Shown: positions 53,508-64,000, numbered from the stretch's first letter. The stretch: 64,000 bases of DNA from an uncultured Gemmatimonadales bacterium (GCA_963716255.1 OY970303.1:608001-672000), one strand, 5' to 3'. Numbers and translations are program-made. The notes: generated from the letters alone by a model not told the origin.

Positions 53508-54392
53508 TCAGGGTGATCCAGCGGGGACCAGCAATGCGCTCCACCACTCCTCCTCCTCGTCCGTCCGCGCCACGCAGAACCCGGCCGCCTCGGCGTCGCG
53601 CACCACGTCCGCGTGCTCCGCGCGCAGGATGCCGCTGACGATGAGGCGCCCCTGGGGGGAGCCGCCCAGCGCCTCGCGAAAAGCGGGGAGGAGCGGCCGG
53701 ATGACGCTGCTGAGGATGTTGGCGAGGAGCAGGTCGAAGCGCCCCAGGCCCCGCAGGAGCGCGGGGTCGGCCATGGCTTCCACGATGCGCACCCGCCCCT
53801 CCACGCCGTTCAGCTCCAGGTTCTCGCGGGCGTTGAGGTTGGCGTCGGGGTCGTATTCCACCGCGACGGTCTCCCCCGCGCCCAGCCGCGACGCCGCGAT
53901 GGCCAGGATCGCCGAGCCGGAGCCCACGTCCAGCACCCGGTCGCCGGGGCGCAGCGCGCCGTCCAGCAGGCGCAGGCAGCCGCGCGTGGTGGCGTGCTCC
54001 CCGGTGCCGAAGGCCATCTGCGGGTCGATGTCGATCACCACCTGCCCCGCGGCGGCGTCCCACTCCGTCCAGGTGGGCTTCACCACCACGCGGTCGGTGA
54101 CCCGCCGCGGGCGCAGCCCCTCCTTCCACTTGCGGGCCCAGTCCTCGCTCTCCTGCCAGCGCCACGACACCTCGGGCCCCGCGCCCGCCGGCAGCTCCGC
54201 GGCCAGCCGGGCGCGCGCGTCCGCGGCGAAGGCCTCGGGGTCGTCCGGCGGGAGGAGGTAGGTGACCAGGGCGTCGCCGGTCTCCACCACGGCGGCGCCC
54301 CCCAGCGCGACGAGCCCCTCGGCGACCAGCGGAGCCAGGTCGGCCGAGGGGGCTCGCACGGACAGCACGAACCAGCGGTCGGGAGCGATCAA
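53508..54392 (-). CDS. prmA: Ribosomal protein L11 methyltransferase
   Basis: [25 protein letters not shown] and ANIL motifs; TTGA overlap with dnaJ. Confidence 0.93.
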   Translation of the reverse strand: MIAPDRWFVLSVRAPSADLAPLVAEGLVALGGAAVVETGDALVTYLLPPDDPEAFAADARARLAAELPAGAGPEVSWRWQESEDWARKWKEGLRPRRVTDRVVVKPTWTEWDAAAGQVVIDIDPQMAFGTGEHATTRGCLRLLDGALRPGDRVLDVGSGSAILAIAASRLGAGETVAVEYDPDANLNARENLELNGVEGRVRIVEAMADPALLRGLGRFDLLLANILSSVIRPLLPAFREALGGSPQGRLIVSGILRAEHADVVRDAEAAGFCVARTDEEEEWWSALLVPAGSP

Positions 54393-55549
54393 GCGGCGAA
54401 CGCTCCCTTGACCTTGTCCCAGAAGCCCTGGCGGCCCTTCCCTTCCCCGCCGGGGACGGGGCCCTCCAGCTGCGCCAGCTTCCGGAACAGCTCCTCCTGC
54501 TCGGGGGTGAGCTGCGTGGGCGTCCACACGTGCACCCGCACGTGCTGGTCGCCGCGCCCGCCGCCGCCCAGGTGCGGGAGCCCCTTGCCGCGCAGGGTGA
54601 GGGTGTTGCCGCTCTGCACCCCGGCGGGGACGCGCACCTTCTCGGAGCCCGCCACCGTGGGCACCTCCAGCTCCACGCCCAGCGCCGCCTGGCTGAAGGT
54701 GACCCCCAGGTCGTGCACCAGGTCGCTGCCGTCGCGGATGAAGCGCGGGTCGTCCTCCACCTCGATCACCACCACCACGTCGCCGCGGGGGCCGCCGCGG
54801 GGGCCGGCGTTCCCCTGCCCGCGCAGCGTCATGTAGTTGTCCGAGCTGACGCCCGCCGGGATGTCCACCTCCACGGTGCGGTCGGCGCGCTGCCGGCCGT
54901 CGCCCTGGCAGACCTTGCACGGGGTGCGGATGACCCGCCCCTCGCCCTGGCAGGTGGGGCACACGGTGGCGCTGACGAACTGCCCGAAGACGCTGCGCTG
55001 CACCCGCCGCACCTCGCCGGCTCCCTGGCAGGTGTCGCACGGCTCCGGCGGCGTGCCGCTGGCCGAGCCGGTGCCGGTGCACGTACCGCACGGGTCCAGC
55101 ACCTTGAGCTTGAGCTTGCGGTGCACCCCCGTGGCGACCTCGGGGAGCGTCACCTCCAGCTTGACACGCAGGTCGCGGCCGCGCTGCTGGGCCCCTCCGC
55201 GGCGGCGGCCCCCCTGCCCCCCGAACAGGTCGTCGAAGCCGCCGAAGCCGCCGAAGTCGCGCATGAAGATGTTCAGCGCGTCCTCGAAGCCGAAGCCGCC
55301 GCGCCCGCCGCCCGCCCCGGCGGCCGCGCCCTTGACGCCGGCGTGGCCGTAGCGGTCGTAGGCGGCGCGCTTCTGCGCGTCGCGGAGCACCTCGTACGCC
55401 TCGGTGGCCTCCTTGAACTTGTCCTCGGCCTCCTTGTCGCCGCCGTTGCGGTCCGGGTGGTACTGGAGGGCGAGCTTGCGGTACGCCTTCTTGATGGTCT
55501 CGCCGTCCGCGTCCTTGGCGACGGCGAGGATCTCGTAATAGTCTCTCAT
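54389..55549 (-). CDS. dnaJ: Chaperone DnaJ
   Basis: DYYEIL, HPD, G/F-rich region and four CxxCxGxG repeats. Confidence 0.97.
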   Translation of the reverse strand: MRDYYEILAVAKDADGETIKKAYRKLALQYHPDRNGGDKEAEDKFKEATEAYEVLRDAQKRAAYDRYGHAGVKGAAAGAGGGRGGFGFEDALNIFMRDFGGFGGFDDLFGGQGGRRRGGAQQRGRDLRVKLEVTLPEVATGVHRKLKLKVLDPCGTCTGTGSASGTPPEPCDTCQGAGEVRRVQRSVFGQFVSATVCPTCQGEGRVIRTPCKVCQGDGRQRADRTVEVDIPAGVSSDNYMTLRGQGNAGPRGGPRGDVVVVIEVEDDPRFIRDGSDLVHDLGVTFSQAALGVELEVPTVAGSEKVRVPAGVQSGNTLTLRGKGLPHLGGGGRGDQHVRVHVWTPTQLTPEQEELFRKLAQLEGPVPGGEGKGRQGFWDKVKGAFAA

Positions 55550-55586
55550 GTCCGATCTGGTTGAACGGCTTGAACTGCCTGGTTGT

Positions 55587-55712
55587 GGCGTGCCCCCGCT
55601 GGCGCGGGGTCGGGCTGCGGCTCCGAAACGCACGATAAAACTGTGCGTAACGGAGGCGAGCCCCGCGAAACTGCCCGCGGGTCTCGCCGCTTCGCGCTCG
55701 CATCCCTCACGC
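55587..55712. repeat. Structured repeat family A, copy 10 (subtype 2)
   Basis: Lies between hrcA and dnaJ. Confidence 0.92.
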
Positions 55713-55736
55713 AGGCATCGTGCTGGCGTCCGTGAG

Positions 55737-55869
55737 GCCCCCCACCCCGGCGCTGCGCGCCACCCCTCCCCCGCAAGCGAGGGAGGAGACGACCGCACAG
55801 AGTCCAGCAGTTAGCCCCCTCTCCCAGAATTGGAAGAGGGTGGCGAGCCTCAAGCGAGCCGGGTGAGGG
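55737..55869. repeat. Family D repeat cluster
   Basis: Contains the inverted core GGGTGGCGAGCCTCAAGCGAGCCGGGTGAGGG. Confidence 0.82.
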
Positions 55870-55881
55870 CCGTTTGCAGGC

Positions 55882-55908
55882 TGTTCCCTATTCCCTGTTC
55901 CCTATCCC
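55882..55908. repeat. Heptamer tandem repeat (TNTTCCC), about 4 units
   Basis: TGTTCCC TATTCCC TGTTCCC TATCCC abutting the hrcA stop. Confidence 0.7.
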
Positions 55909-56958
55909 TCAGGCCAGGAACTCGGAAACCAGCGTCGAGGTGTTCTCCACGAACGCGATCACGCGGTCGTAGGGCATCCGGGTGGGTCCGATCACCCCGA
56001 TGACGCCCTTGAGGTCGCCCACGTGGTACTCGGAGGTGACCACGGTGAAGCCGGCGAGCGCGGGGGTGCCGTGCTCCTCGCCGATGGTGACCTGGAGCCC
56101 CTGCGTCCCCACCCGGTCGCCCAGCACGCTCTGCAGCAGGTCGCGGCCGTCGATCAGCTCGATCAGGCCGCGCAGCTTCTCGCCGCTGGCGAACTCGGGC
56201 TGGTCGGCGAGCACGGAGGCGCGCCCCAAGTGCAGCTCGGCCGCCGGCGCCGGGGGCGAGTCGAACCACTCCTCCCCGGACTGCAGAAAGATGTTGAGCA
56301 GCTCCGAGGCAGGGTCGCCCGCCGCCACGCTGTCGCGCAGCCGCTGGGGGAGCGTCGCGCGGATCTCGCGCAGGGTGTGCCCCGCCAGCCGCTCGTTGAG
56401 GATGCGCGCCACCGGCGCCAGCGCCGAGGCCGGGACGGTCCCGGGGACGTCCACGTAGATGGTGCGCACCCCGCCCGCCCGCAGCGCCAGCACCAGCAGC
56501 ACCTTGCCCTCGGTGAGCGGGACCAGCTCCAGGCGCTCCAGCACCGCCGCGTCCAGCCGCGGGGCGATGGCGATCCCCAGCTCCTGGGTGAGGAGCCCCA
56601 GCACCTGCGCCGCCCGCCCCACCAGCCGCTCCACGCCCTGCCGCTCCGCCGCGGAGCCCAGCTCCAGGCGAATGGCGTTCAGGTCCGCGTCGGAAACGCG
56701 GGGCGCGCCGATGAGCGAGTCCACGAAGAACCGGTACGCGCGGTCGGTGGGAACCCGCCCCGCGGAGGTGTGCGGGTGGTACAGGTAGCCCTTTTCCTCC
56801 AGGTCGCTCATGGTGTTCCGCACGGTCGCCGGGGACACGCCGAGCCTGAACCGCCGGGTGAGCGTACGGCTCCCGGCGGGCTCTGCGGTCTCCACGTACG
56901 TGCGGATCACCGCGTCCAGGACGTGGTGCTCGCGCTCGCTGAGGGGTTCGCGTTGCAT
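55909..56958 (-). CDS. hrcA: Heat-inducible transcription repressor
   Basis: SPATVRN.M.DLE..GYL..PHTSAGRVPT and GVIGPTRM.Y motifs. Confidence 0.96.
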   Translation of the reverse strand: MQREPLSEREHHVLDAVIRTYVETAEPAGSRTLTRRFRLGVSPATVRNTMSDLEEKGYLYHPHTSAGRVPTDRAYRFFVDSLIGAPRVSDADLNAIRLELGSAAERQGVERLVGRAAQVLGLLTQELGIAIAPRLDAAVLERLELVPLTEGKVLLVLALRAGGVRTIYVDVPGTVPASALAPVARILNERLAGHTLREIRATLPQRLRDSVAAGDPASELLNIFLQSGEEWFDSPPAPAAELHLGRASVLADQPEFASGEKLRGLIELIDGRDLLQSVLGDRVGTQGLQVTIGEEHGTPALAGFTVVTSEYHVGDLKGVIGVIGPTRMPYDRVIAFVENTSTLVSEFLA

Positions 56959-57042
56959 CTTGTGAGCGACGGATGAAATGCCGGCTGAAATGTGCCCGCA
57001 AGTGCCCGGATCGTCAAGCGACGCAGGCAGAAAGGATGCGCG

Positions 57043-58242
57043 TCAGGCGAGGGAGGCGTGGGCCCTTCCGGCCTCGGCCGCGGACGCCAGCTCCACCGCC
57101 AGGCGATCCAGGAGGAGCCACCCCTCGGCGCCGAGGCGCAGCGTGCCGCCGTCGCAGCGCGCCAGCCCGCGGCGGGTCCACGCGTCCGCGAGCGCGAGCT
57201 CCGCCGCGGAGGCGTGGGCCAGCGGGTAGCCGGCGTCGGTGCGCAGCAGCAGCCAGGCGCGCTCCAGCGTCGCCGCGGCCTCGTCCACGCGCTCCTCGTC
57301 CTCCACGGGGAGGCGGCCGGCGCGCAGCGAATCGCGGTAGTCGTCCCAGGAGCGCACGTTCCAGCGCCGCAGCGGCGTGTAGAAGGCGTGCGCCCCCGGC
57401 CCCAGCGCCGCGTAGGACGCGCCCGTCCAGTACACCCCGTTGTGGCGGGAGCGGCGGCCGGGGCGGCCGAAGTTGGACACCTCGTAGTGCCGGAAGCCCG
57501 CCTCCGTCAGCGTCCGGTGCGCCAGCAGGTACTCGTCGGCGTAGCGGTCCTCGTCGGCCAGCGTCTCGCGGCCCTCCTTGACCCAGCGCCCCAGCGGCGC
57601 CGCGGCCTCGGCGGTGAGGCCGTACAGCGACACGTGCTCCGGATCCAGCTCCAGCGCCCGCTCCAGGTCGGCGCCCCAGTCGCGCCCCAGCCGCTCCGGC
57701 AGCCCGAAGATCAGGTCCACGCTCACGTTGTCGAACCCCGCCGCGCGCGCCGCGAGCATGGCGCGCGCGGGCCCCTCCACGCCGTGCAGGCGCCCCATCC
57801 AGCGCAGCGCCTCCGGGTGGAAGGTCTGCGCGCCCAGCGAGATGCGGTTCACCCCCGCGGCCCGCCAGTCCGCCGCCAGCTCCGCGGTGAAGCTTTCCGG
57901 GTTCGCCTCGCACGTCCACTCCACCTCCGCCGGGTCCCACGTGGCGAAGGGCCGCAGCCGCTCCGCCAGCGCGGCCATGGCACCCGTGCCCAGCAGCGAC
58001 GGCGTCCCCCCGCCCACGTACAGCGTGTCCAGCCGCAGCGGCTCCGTCCAGCCGCGGTCCGCGGCCAGCAGCCGCATCTCCGTGGCGACGGCGTCCAGCC
58101 ACTCCTCCGTGGGCGCCTCGCGGGTGGCCTGCACGGCGAAGTCGCAGTACGAGCAGCGCCGCGTGCAGAAGGGCACGTGCACGTACAGCGACCGGGGTGG
58201 AGTGTCGCTCCCCTCGCCCCAGCCCGCGCGCTCCTCCGGCAT
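57043..58242 (-). CDS. hemW: Radical SAM heme chaperone HemW (HemN-like)
   Basis: YVHVPFCTRRCSYCDF, GGGTPS, YEVSNF and HN..YW motifs; start approximate. Confidence 0.9.
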   Translation of the reverse strand: MPEERAGWGEGSDTPPRSLYVHVPFCTRRCSYCDFAVQATREAPTEEWLDAVATEMRLLAADRGWTEPLRLDTLYVGGGTPSLLGTGAMAALAERLRPFATWDPAEVEWTCEANPESFTAELAADWRAAGVNRISLGAQTFHPEALRWMGRLHGVEGPARAMLAARAAGFDNVSVDLIFGLPERLGRDWGADLERALELDPEHVSLYGLTAEAAAPLGRWVKEGRETLADEDRYADEYLLAHRTLTEAGFRHYEVSNFGRPGRRSRHNGVYWTGASYAALGPGAHAFYTPLRRWNVRSWDDYRDSLRAGRLPVEDEERVDEAAATLERAWLLLRTDAGYPLAHASAAELALADAWTRRGLARCDGGTLRLGAEGWLLLDRLAVELASAAEAGRAHASLA

Positions 58243-58364
58243 CGTCGGCCCGTTTCCCGTCATGTGGCACGCAGCTCCGGTTCCCGGCGCGAACCCGTTG
58301 TCCGCGCCCGACCTACACGACACCGGCCGGCGCGATCCGTTCCGTGAACGGCAAAGGCAGGGTC

Positions 58365-58410
58365 GGGCGTGCCCCCGCTGGCGCGGGGTCGGGCATCGCG
58401 CTGGCGTCCG
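58365..58410. repeat. Structured repeat family A, copy 11 (internally deleted)
   Basis: 5' hairpin joined directly to the family's 3' flank (GGGCATCGCGCTGGCGTCCG). Confidence 0.75.
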
Positions 58411-58556
58411 TCGGGGCCTCCCATCCGGCGGCCTGAGAGCCGCACGCCTCGCCCCCTATCCCCCGTGCCGGGGGAGGGGAATCTCCTCGCCGCGATCCCT
58501 GCCCTCGTCGTGTCGTTCTCCCCTCTCCCTTTCGCGACAGAGATCGGAGGGTGTCC

Positions 58557-59723
58557 TCAGCAGCGCCGGTAGCGCTTCCCCGGGAGCTGCTCCGCCGCGC
58601 CGCGCAGCTCCAGCCCGAGCAGCGCGGCCAGCACGCCGCCCGGCGCGAGCCCGGCCGCGGCGGCCACCTGGTCCACGTGCAGCGGCTCCGCGCCGAGCGC
58701 CGTCCACGCCTGCGCCTCGTCGGCCGACAGCCCTTCCGGCTGCACCGGCTCGGGCGGAGAGGTGTGGAAGCCCAGGTCGAGGGGCTGCCGCGAGGCAGCG
58801 GCACGGGCGACACGTCCCGAGGCGGCCCGGCCGACGCCGCGCAGCTCCTCCAGCACGTCGTCCGCCGACGTGACCAGCCGGGCGCCTTCCTTGAGGAGCT
58901 GGTTGGTCCCCGCGCTCATGGGCGAGCCGATAGGCCCCGGCACGGCGAACACCTCCTTGCCCTGCTCCAGCGCGTAGCCCACGGTGTGCTGCGCGCCGCT
59001 CTTCGCCGCCATCTCCACCACCAGCACGCCCTCGCTGAGCGCGGAGATCAGGCGGTTGCGGCGCGGGAAGTTGCCGGCGAGCGGCTCGGCACCGGGCGGC
59101 AGCTCGGTGACGAGCAGGCCGCGCTCGCGCATGGCCGCGAAGAGCCGCGCGTTGTCGCGGGGGTACGTCAGGTCGATGCCGTGCCCCAGCACCCCCACGG
59201 TCTCGCCGCCGGCGCCCAGCGCCCCGGCGTGCGCCGCCGCGTCGATCCCCTTTGCCATGCCGCTGACCACCGCGTACCCGGCGCGCGCCAGGTCGCCCGC
59301 CAGCTGCATGGCGGTCTGCCGCCCGTAGTCCGTGGGCTCGCGCGTCCCCACGATGCCCACGGCGGGGCTGCCCAGCAGTTCCAGCCGCCCGGCGGCGAAG
59401 AGCAGAAAGGGCGCGTCGGCGAGCACCCGGAAAGCGTCCGGGAACGCCAGGTCGTCCGACGTGACCGCCACCGCGCCCAGCTTCGCCAGCCGCTCCATGG
59501 CCTTTGCGGTGCGCTCCCGCGCCTCCGCCCCCGCCGCCGCGGCGACCCGCCCCGCCAGCTCCCCCCCGAAGCGCGGCAGCGCCGCCACCTCCGTCGCCGT
59601 CGCCCCGAGCACGCGCTCCGCCGACCCGAAGTGCCTGAGCAGCTGTGCGACGCGGAGCGGCCCCACTCCGGGGACCATGTACAGGCGGAGGAGCGGCTCG
59701 AGCGCGGACGTGGAAAGAGGCAT
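58557..59723 (-). CDS. dprA: DNA-processing protein DprA
   Basis: IVGTR, VSGMAKGID, FPRRNRLIS and AVPG..GTNQLLKEGA motifs. Confidence 0.95.
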   Translation of the reverse strand: MPLSTSALEPLLRLYMVPGVGPLRVAQLLRHFGSAERVLGATATEVAALPRFGGELAGRVAAAAGAEARERTAKAMERLAKLGAVAVTSDDLAFPDAFRVLADAPFLLFAAGRLELLGSPAVGIVGTREPTDYGRQTAMQLAGDLARAGYAVVSGMAKGIDAAAHAGALGAGGETVGVLGHGIDLTYPRDNARLFAAMRERGLLVTELPPGAEPLAGNFPRRNRLISALSEGVLVVEMAAKSGAQHTVGYALEQGKEVFAVPGPIGSPMSAGTNQLLKEGARLVTSADDVLEELRGVGRAASGRVARAAASRQPLDLGFHTSPPEPVQPEGLSADEAQAWTALGAEPLHVDQVAAAAGLAPGGVLAALLGLELRGAAEQLPGKRYRRC

Positions 59724-59811
59724 GGGGAGCAGAAGGAAGGAAGTGCGGAACGGCGGCGCGTGCGGCAGCGCGCAGAGACGGGGAGGACCGGGATAGGACC
59801 TGCCGTTCGCA

Positions 59812-59970
59812 GTTCCCGCAGTACCCCTCGAATCTTCTGCGGAGGGAGACTCACGCGGCTGTTTGCGTGAGGCTCCCGGAGCCGGAGCGGAGACAGCCGG
59901 GCAGTTTCGGCTGGCTCCGCGACCCGCGCAGGAGACGGACAGTAGTATCGTCCGGCTCCGGAGCGGACCC
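59812..59970. repeat. Structured repeat family B, copy 3
   Basis: Same ends as copies 1 and 2; internal modules in a different order. Confidence 0.88.
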
Positions 59971-60005
59971 AAGCGCTGAACCGTCCGGAGCGGATCAGCA
60001 GCTCG

Positions 60006-61034
60006 CTACGGCCGCCACTCCTCGCGCTCCAGCCCCTCCCCCCGCTCCGCCTCCATCACCCGGGCGGCATGCGTCCACAGCCCCTCCAGCAGCGGATCCA
60101 GCCCCCGCTGCGCGACCGAGGACACCAGAAACTGCCCCCACGCCCCCGGCGCCTCCACGCGCGGCGCCGGCCACTCCGGCGGCAGCAGGTCGCCCTTGGT
60201 GAACGCCACGCAGTGCGGCTTCGCGGCCAGCTCCTCGGAGTACGCCCGCAGCTCGGCCATGAGCTTGTCGTATTCCTGCTGCGGCTCCAGCGCGTCGGAG
60301 GGAATCATCAGCGCCAGCGTCCGCGTCCGCTCGATGTGGCGGAGGAACTGGTGCCCGAGCCCCTTGCCCTCGTGCGCCCCCTCGATGATCCCGGGGATGT
60401 CGGCGACGACGAAGGTGCGGCTCCCGGAAAGCTGCACCACCCCCAGGTTGGGCGTCAGCGTGGTGAACGGGTAGTCGGCCACCTTTGGCGTGGCGGCGGA
60501 GACCGCGGAAAGGAAGGTGGACTTGCCCGCGTTGGGCTCGCCCACCAGCCCCACGTCGGCGATCAGCTTGAGCTCCAGCTCGATCCGCCGCTCCTCGCCC
60601 TCCTCGCCGGGCTGCGCGTGCCGCGGCGCCTGGTGGGTGGCCGTGGCGAAGCGGGTGTTGCCGCGCCCGCCGCGCCCGCCGCGGGCGGCGACCACCTCGT
60701 CGCCCGGATCCACCAGCTCGGCCAGCGTCGCGCCGGTGTCGGCGTCGCGCACCACGGTGCCAGGCGGCACGCGCAGCACCAGGTCCTCGCCGCTGCGGCC
60801 GGTGCGGTTGCCGCCCTCGCCCTTGTTGCCGCGGTCGGCGGCGTAGTGCTGCCGGTAGCGGTAGTCCATGAGGGTGGAGAGCTGCGTGTCCACCCGCAGG
60901 ACCACGTCGCCGCCCTTGCCGCCGTCCCCGCCGTCGGGGCCGCCCATGGGCTCGTACGACTCGCGGCGGAAGCTGCTCACGCCCTCGCCGCCGCGCCCCG
61001 CCTTGATCTCGATGACCGCATGATCCAGGAACAT
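60006..61034 (-). CDS. obgE: GTPase ObgE
   Basis: GGPDGGDGG, GEPNAGKST, DYPFTT and DIPG motifs. Confidence 0.97.
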   Translation of the reverse strand: MFLDHAVIEIKAGRGGEGVSSFRRESYEPMGGPDGGDGGKGGDVVLRVDTQLSTLMDYRYRQHYAADRGNKGEGGNRTGRSGEDLVLRVPPGTVVRDADTGATLAELVDPGDEVVAARGGRGGRGNTRFATATHQAPRHAQPGEEGEERRIELELKLIADVGLVGEPNAGKSTFLSAVSAATPKVADYPFTTLTPNLGVVQLSGSRTFVVADIPGIIEGAHEGKGLGHQFLRHIERTRTLALMIPSDALEPQQEYDKLMAELRAYSEELAAKPHCVAFTKGDLLPPEWPAPRVEAPGAWGQFLVSSVAQRGLDPLLEGLWTHAARVMEAERGEGLEREEWRP

Positions 61035-61066
61035 CTCTGACCGCCTTGATTTGAACTGCTTGGTTT

Positions 61067-61199
61067 GGGCGTGCCCCTCGCTGCCGCTCGGGTCGGGCTG
61101 CGCGCTGCGTAGAGAACGAGACTACCGTTCCCAACGCAGCCGAGCCCCGCGGAAACAACCCCGCGGGTCTCGGCCCTGCCGGGCGCGCATCCCTCACGC
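61067..61199. repeat. Structured repeat family A, copy 12 (most diverged)
   Basis: Same ends; stems altered with compensatory changes. Confidence 0.88.
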
Positions 61200-61215
61200 G
61201 ACTGTCCCGTCGTTC

Positions 61216-61257
61216 TCCCCTCTCCCCTCGTGGGAGAGAGGACCGGGGGGTCAGGGG
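61216..61257. repeat. Family D repeat
   Basis: CCTCTCCCCTCGTGGGAGAGAGG hairpin plus GGGGGGTCAGGGG. Confidence 0.65.
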
Positions 61258-61865
61258 TTCGGCACGACGCGCTCGTGAACCTCGCCCCACAGCGACCTCA
61301 CCCGCTCCGCCGCCTCCGCGTCCAGGAAGCCGCACGCCACTTCCACCGCGGCGTCCACCTCGCCGGCGGAGGCGCCCGCGTTCAGCGCCCCGCGCAGGTG
61401 GGAGTGCAGCTGGCGCGGGGTGTTCCACACCGCCAGCAGCGCGGCGATGCACAGCTCCCGCGTCGCCAGCTCCAGCCCCGGCCGCCCGATCACGCGGCCA
61501 TAGCCGCCCTCCACCATCCAGCGGTCCATCTCCGGCTGCACCGCCGCCACGTTGGCGCGCAACCGGGGGTAGTTGGCCCCGTACACCCGCGCGCACACCT
61601 GCTCGCCGCGCCCGGTCCACCCCTCGCACGCCTCGCCCAGCGGCGCGGGGGCGGGGCGTCCGCTCGCCTCCCGCCAGAGGGCCAGGGCGGTGAGCGCGTC
61701 CGGAAAGCCCACGAACAGGTGCGATTGGAGAAGCACTTCCTCCGCGGCGTCCGGGTCCGCCTCCGCCGCGGCGCGCCGTACCGCCTCCCGCACCACGACC
61801 CCGTCGCGCGTGGCGAGCGCCGCCGAAAGGGCCACCAGCGCCTCTCGCGCCGCGTCCAGCTTCAC
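61251..61865 (-). CDS. Carboxymuconolactone decarboxylase/AhpD-family protein
   Basis: GYG.VIGRPGL...RELC and QLHSHLRGALNAG motifs. Confidence 0.85.
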   Translation of the reverse strand: MKLDAAREALVALSAALATRDGVVVREAVRRAAAEADPDAAEEVLLQSHLFVGFPDALTALALWREASGRPAPAPLGEACEGWTGRGEQVCARVYGANYPRLRANVAAVQPEMDRWMVEGGYGRVIGRPGLELATRELCIAALLAVWNTPRQLHSHLRGALNAGASAGEVDAAVEVACGFLDAEAAERVRSLWGEVHERVVPNP

Positions 61866-61869
61866 CGGC

Positions 61870-62880
61870 TCAGCTCTCCGGGCCGCGCAGCCGCACGTTG
61901 GGCCGCAGCTGGCCGACCACCTCGCCGCGGGTGTTGACCACGTCCGGGTACGCCAGGGCGTACATCGCACCGTAGTCGTCCTCGGAGATCAGGTCCAGCT
62001 CGCGGAGCACGCCCAGGATCGCGGGCGCCACGGCGCGGGTGGCGCCGTCCTCCACCTTGAGCGCCACCCCGATCTCGGCGCCCGGCACGCCCGCGCAGTA
62101 CACCCCCTCGGCGCCCACCTTGGCGAAGACGCGCCCCTCGGTGCGCCGCATGATCTCGGTGCAGAGCCTGCCCTTGCCGGCCACCATCTCCGGGTGCGAG
62201 GTCATTGCCCCCACCACCCGCGCGGGGGCACGCTCCCCGGCGCGCGCGGCGCGCGCCAGGTTCGCGTACGCCAGCGCCATGTTGCGCAGCGGGAGCGCGA
62301 AGCACACCACGCCGCAGCCGTCGTTGCCGCCGCCGATGGCCTCCGCGGGCATCTGCGCCCAGCGGGCCACCTCGCTTAACATGCGCAGCTGCACGGGGTG
62401 CTCGGGGCGGTTGTAGTCCTGCGTGTCCCAGCCGCGGGCGCGCGCCAGCGCCAGCATCCCGGCGTGCTTGCCCGAGCAGTTGTTGTGCAGGCGCACCGGC
62501 TCCAGCCCGGCCTCCTGGAGCTCGCGGCGGGTGGGCTCGTGGAAGGGGGGGTGCGGCCCGCAGGCCAGCGCCTCCGCGTCCAGCCCCGCCCTCCGCAGCA
62601 CCGACTCGGCGGCGGCGGTGTGGCGCGGCGAGCCCGCGTGCGAGCCGCACACCAGCGCGAGCTCGGCGTCGGTGATCCCGAAGCGGTCCACGGCGCCGTC
62701 CTCCACCACCGCCACCGCCTGGAAGGGCTTCGCCGAGGAACGCCAGAAGGTGAAGGTCTCCGGGTCGCCGGAGTACGCGCGCAGCTGCCCCTCCGCGTCC
62801 ACCACCGCCACGTGAAGGCGGTGGCGCGACTCCACCACCCCGCCACGAACCACGTCCACCGTGCAGTCGATCTCGTTCAT
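61870..62880 (-). CDS. L-asparaginase II (Rhizobium AnsA type)
   Basis: RSSAKPFQ, NCSGKHAG, DGCG and KVGAEGV motifs. Confidence 0.9.
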   Translation of the reverse strand: MNEIDCTVDVVRGGVVESRHRLHVAVVDAEGQLRAYSGDPETFTFWRSSAKPFQAVAVVEDGAVDRFGITDAELALVCGSHAGSPRHTAAAESVLRRAGLDAEALACGPHPPFHEPTRRELQEAGLEPVRLHNNCSGKHAGMLALARARGWDTQDYNRPEHPVQLRMLSEVARWAQMPAEAIGGGNDGCGVVCFALPLRNMALAYANLARAARAGERAPARVVGAMTSHPEMVAGKGRLCTEIMRRTEGRVFAKVGAEGVYCAGVPGAEIGVALKVEDGATRAVAPAILGVLRELDLISEDDYGAMYALAYPDVVNTRGEVVGQLRPNVRLRGPES

Positions 62881-63788
62881 CTCCTCCCCACTCCGAGCAG
62901 GATTCCGCAGAGGATCAGGCCCCCGCCGGCGAGCGCGGCCGGGGGCGGAGCTTCGGCGATGGCCGGGAGCAGCCAGGCGATCAACGTCGCCCCCACCGGC
63001 TCCCCCAGCAGCGACAGGTTCACCACGTACGCCGGCAGGTAGCGCAGCGCCCAGTTCTGCCCGGTGTGCCCCACCAGCATGGGCCCCGCGGCGAGGCCGG
63101 CGAACACCGCCCATTCCCGCGGCGCGTAGCCCGCGAGCGGGACGTCCGCGAGCCCCATCACCGGCAGCAGCGCGAGCGCCGCGCACCCGTACACCACGCC
63201 CACGAAGGGCCAGATGTCGATGCGCGCGCGCAGCCTGCGGCCGATGACGTAGTACCCGGCCACCAGCACAGCGCCGGCCAGCGCCAGCAGGTCGCCGCGC
63301 AGCGGGTCGGCCCCGCCGCGGAAGTCGCCCCAGCCGATCCACGCCGCGCCGGCCACCGCCAGCAGGATCCCCGCCCACTGCCTCCGGCCCGGCTGCTCAC
63401 GCAGGAAGAGGGCCGACAGCACCGCCACGAAGATGGGCGCGGTGGAGACCAGCACCACCGACGCGGCGACGCTGGTCAGGCCGATGGACGCGATCCAGGT
63501 GGCAAAGTGGCCGGCCAGGAACACCCCCGCCAGCGCGGCAGTCGCCAGGTCGCCGCGCGACAGGCGGCGGAGCGCGCCCCACTCGCCGCGCGCCGTCAGC
63601 ACCCCCGCGATCAGCACGACCGAGAACGCCAGCCGCCAGAAGGAGATCGCCAGGGCGGGCGCGGTGGAGAAGCGCACCAGCGGCGCCGCCCAGCTGATGG
63701 CCAGCACCGACACCAGCAGCACCAGCGCCGGCGGGACCGGCGGCTGCCCCGCGCGGACGCCGGGCACGGCGGCCTCGCTCACCGCCAT
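62877..63788 (-). CDS. DMT/EamA-family transporter
   Basis: About 10 TM segments; GDLLAL and GEPVGA motifs. Confidence 0.9.
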   Translation of the reverse strand: MAVSEAAVPGVRAGQPPVPPALVLLVSVLAISWAAPLVRFSTAPALAISFWRLAFSVVLIAGVLTARGEWGALRRLSRGDLATAALAGVFLAGHFATWIASIGLTSVAASVVLVSTAPIFVAVLSALFLREQPGRRQWAGILLAVAGAAWIGWGDFRGGADPLRGDLLALAGAVLVAGYYVIGRRLRARIDIWPFVGVVYGCAALALLPVMGLADVPLAGYAPREWAVFAGLAAGPMLVGHTGQNWALRYLPAYVVNLSLLGEPVGATLIAWLLPAIAEAPPPAALAGGGLILCGILLGVGRR

Positions 63789-63874
63789 CCCGCGGCCGGA
63801 CCGAGGAGCCGGGGAATATACGGCGCGCGACCGGGAGGAGCCACGTCTTCCGCCGTGAGCCCGCCGCAAACGCG

Positions 63875-63911
63875 ACGGAGGAAGGGCACCGTGGGTGCCC
63901 TTCCTCCGTTT
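63875..63911. terminator. Terminator-like hairpin
   Basis: ACGGAGGAAGGGCACC-GTG-GGTGCCCTTCCTCCGT-TT. Confidence 0.55.
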
Positions 63912-64000
63912 CCGGCCCGCCGGGACGGGACCGCCGCCTGCTTCACCGGGCGCGGGCCGGGGTGGTGCGGGACACCGGCTGGGCCGGGACGAGCCGCAGC

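Noticed and set aside
56959..57040. CIRCE element upstream of hrcA or dnaJ
   Set aside because: No TTAGCACTC-N9-GAGTGCTAA match; only a weak GGCACT half-site.

Overview
High-GC bacterial chromosomal window; gene content and protein style suggest Gemmatimonadota (Longimicrobium-like), which is an inference. Housekeeping content: etfBA, a complete nuoA-N operon with a Rex-like operator, dcd, glpD, a Fur-family regulator, Lrp plus type III glutamine synthetase, malQ/glgX, tRNA-Ala(TGC), an aconitase-family fusion, a DUF433/PIN toxin-antitoxin pair, hemW-hrcA-dnaJ-prmA-HIT, dprA and obgE. Two non-coding signals stand out. (1) Tandem c-di-GMP-I (GEMM-I) riboswitches, each overlapping its own terminator, sit upstream of a stand-alone mreB paralogue. 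The first aptamer has A and the second G at the ligand-specificity position (Vc2 G20), suggesting a possible cGAMP/c-di-GMP AND gate. (2) A dense set of dispersed structured intergenic repeats (three related scaffolds, 17 copies) displays the same 7-8 nt loop, A(A/T)ACN(A/G)C, on co-varying stems. One copy is split by an IS481-family element. Starts were chosen by eye and no database searches were run.
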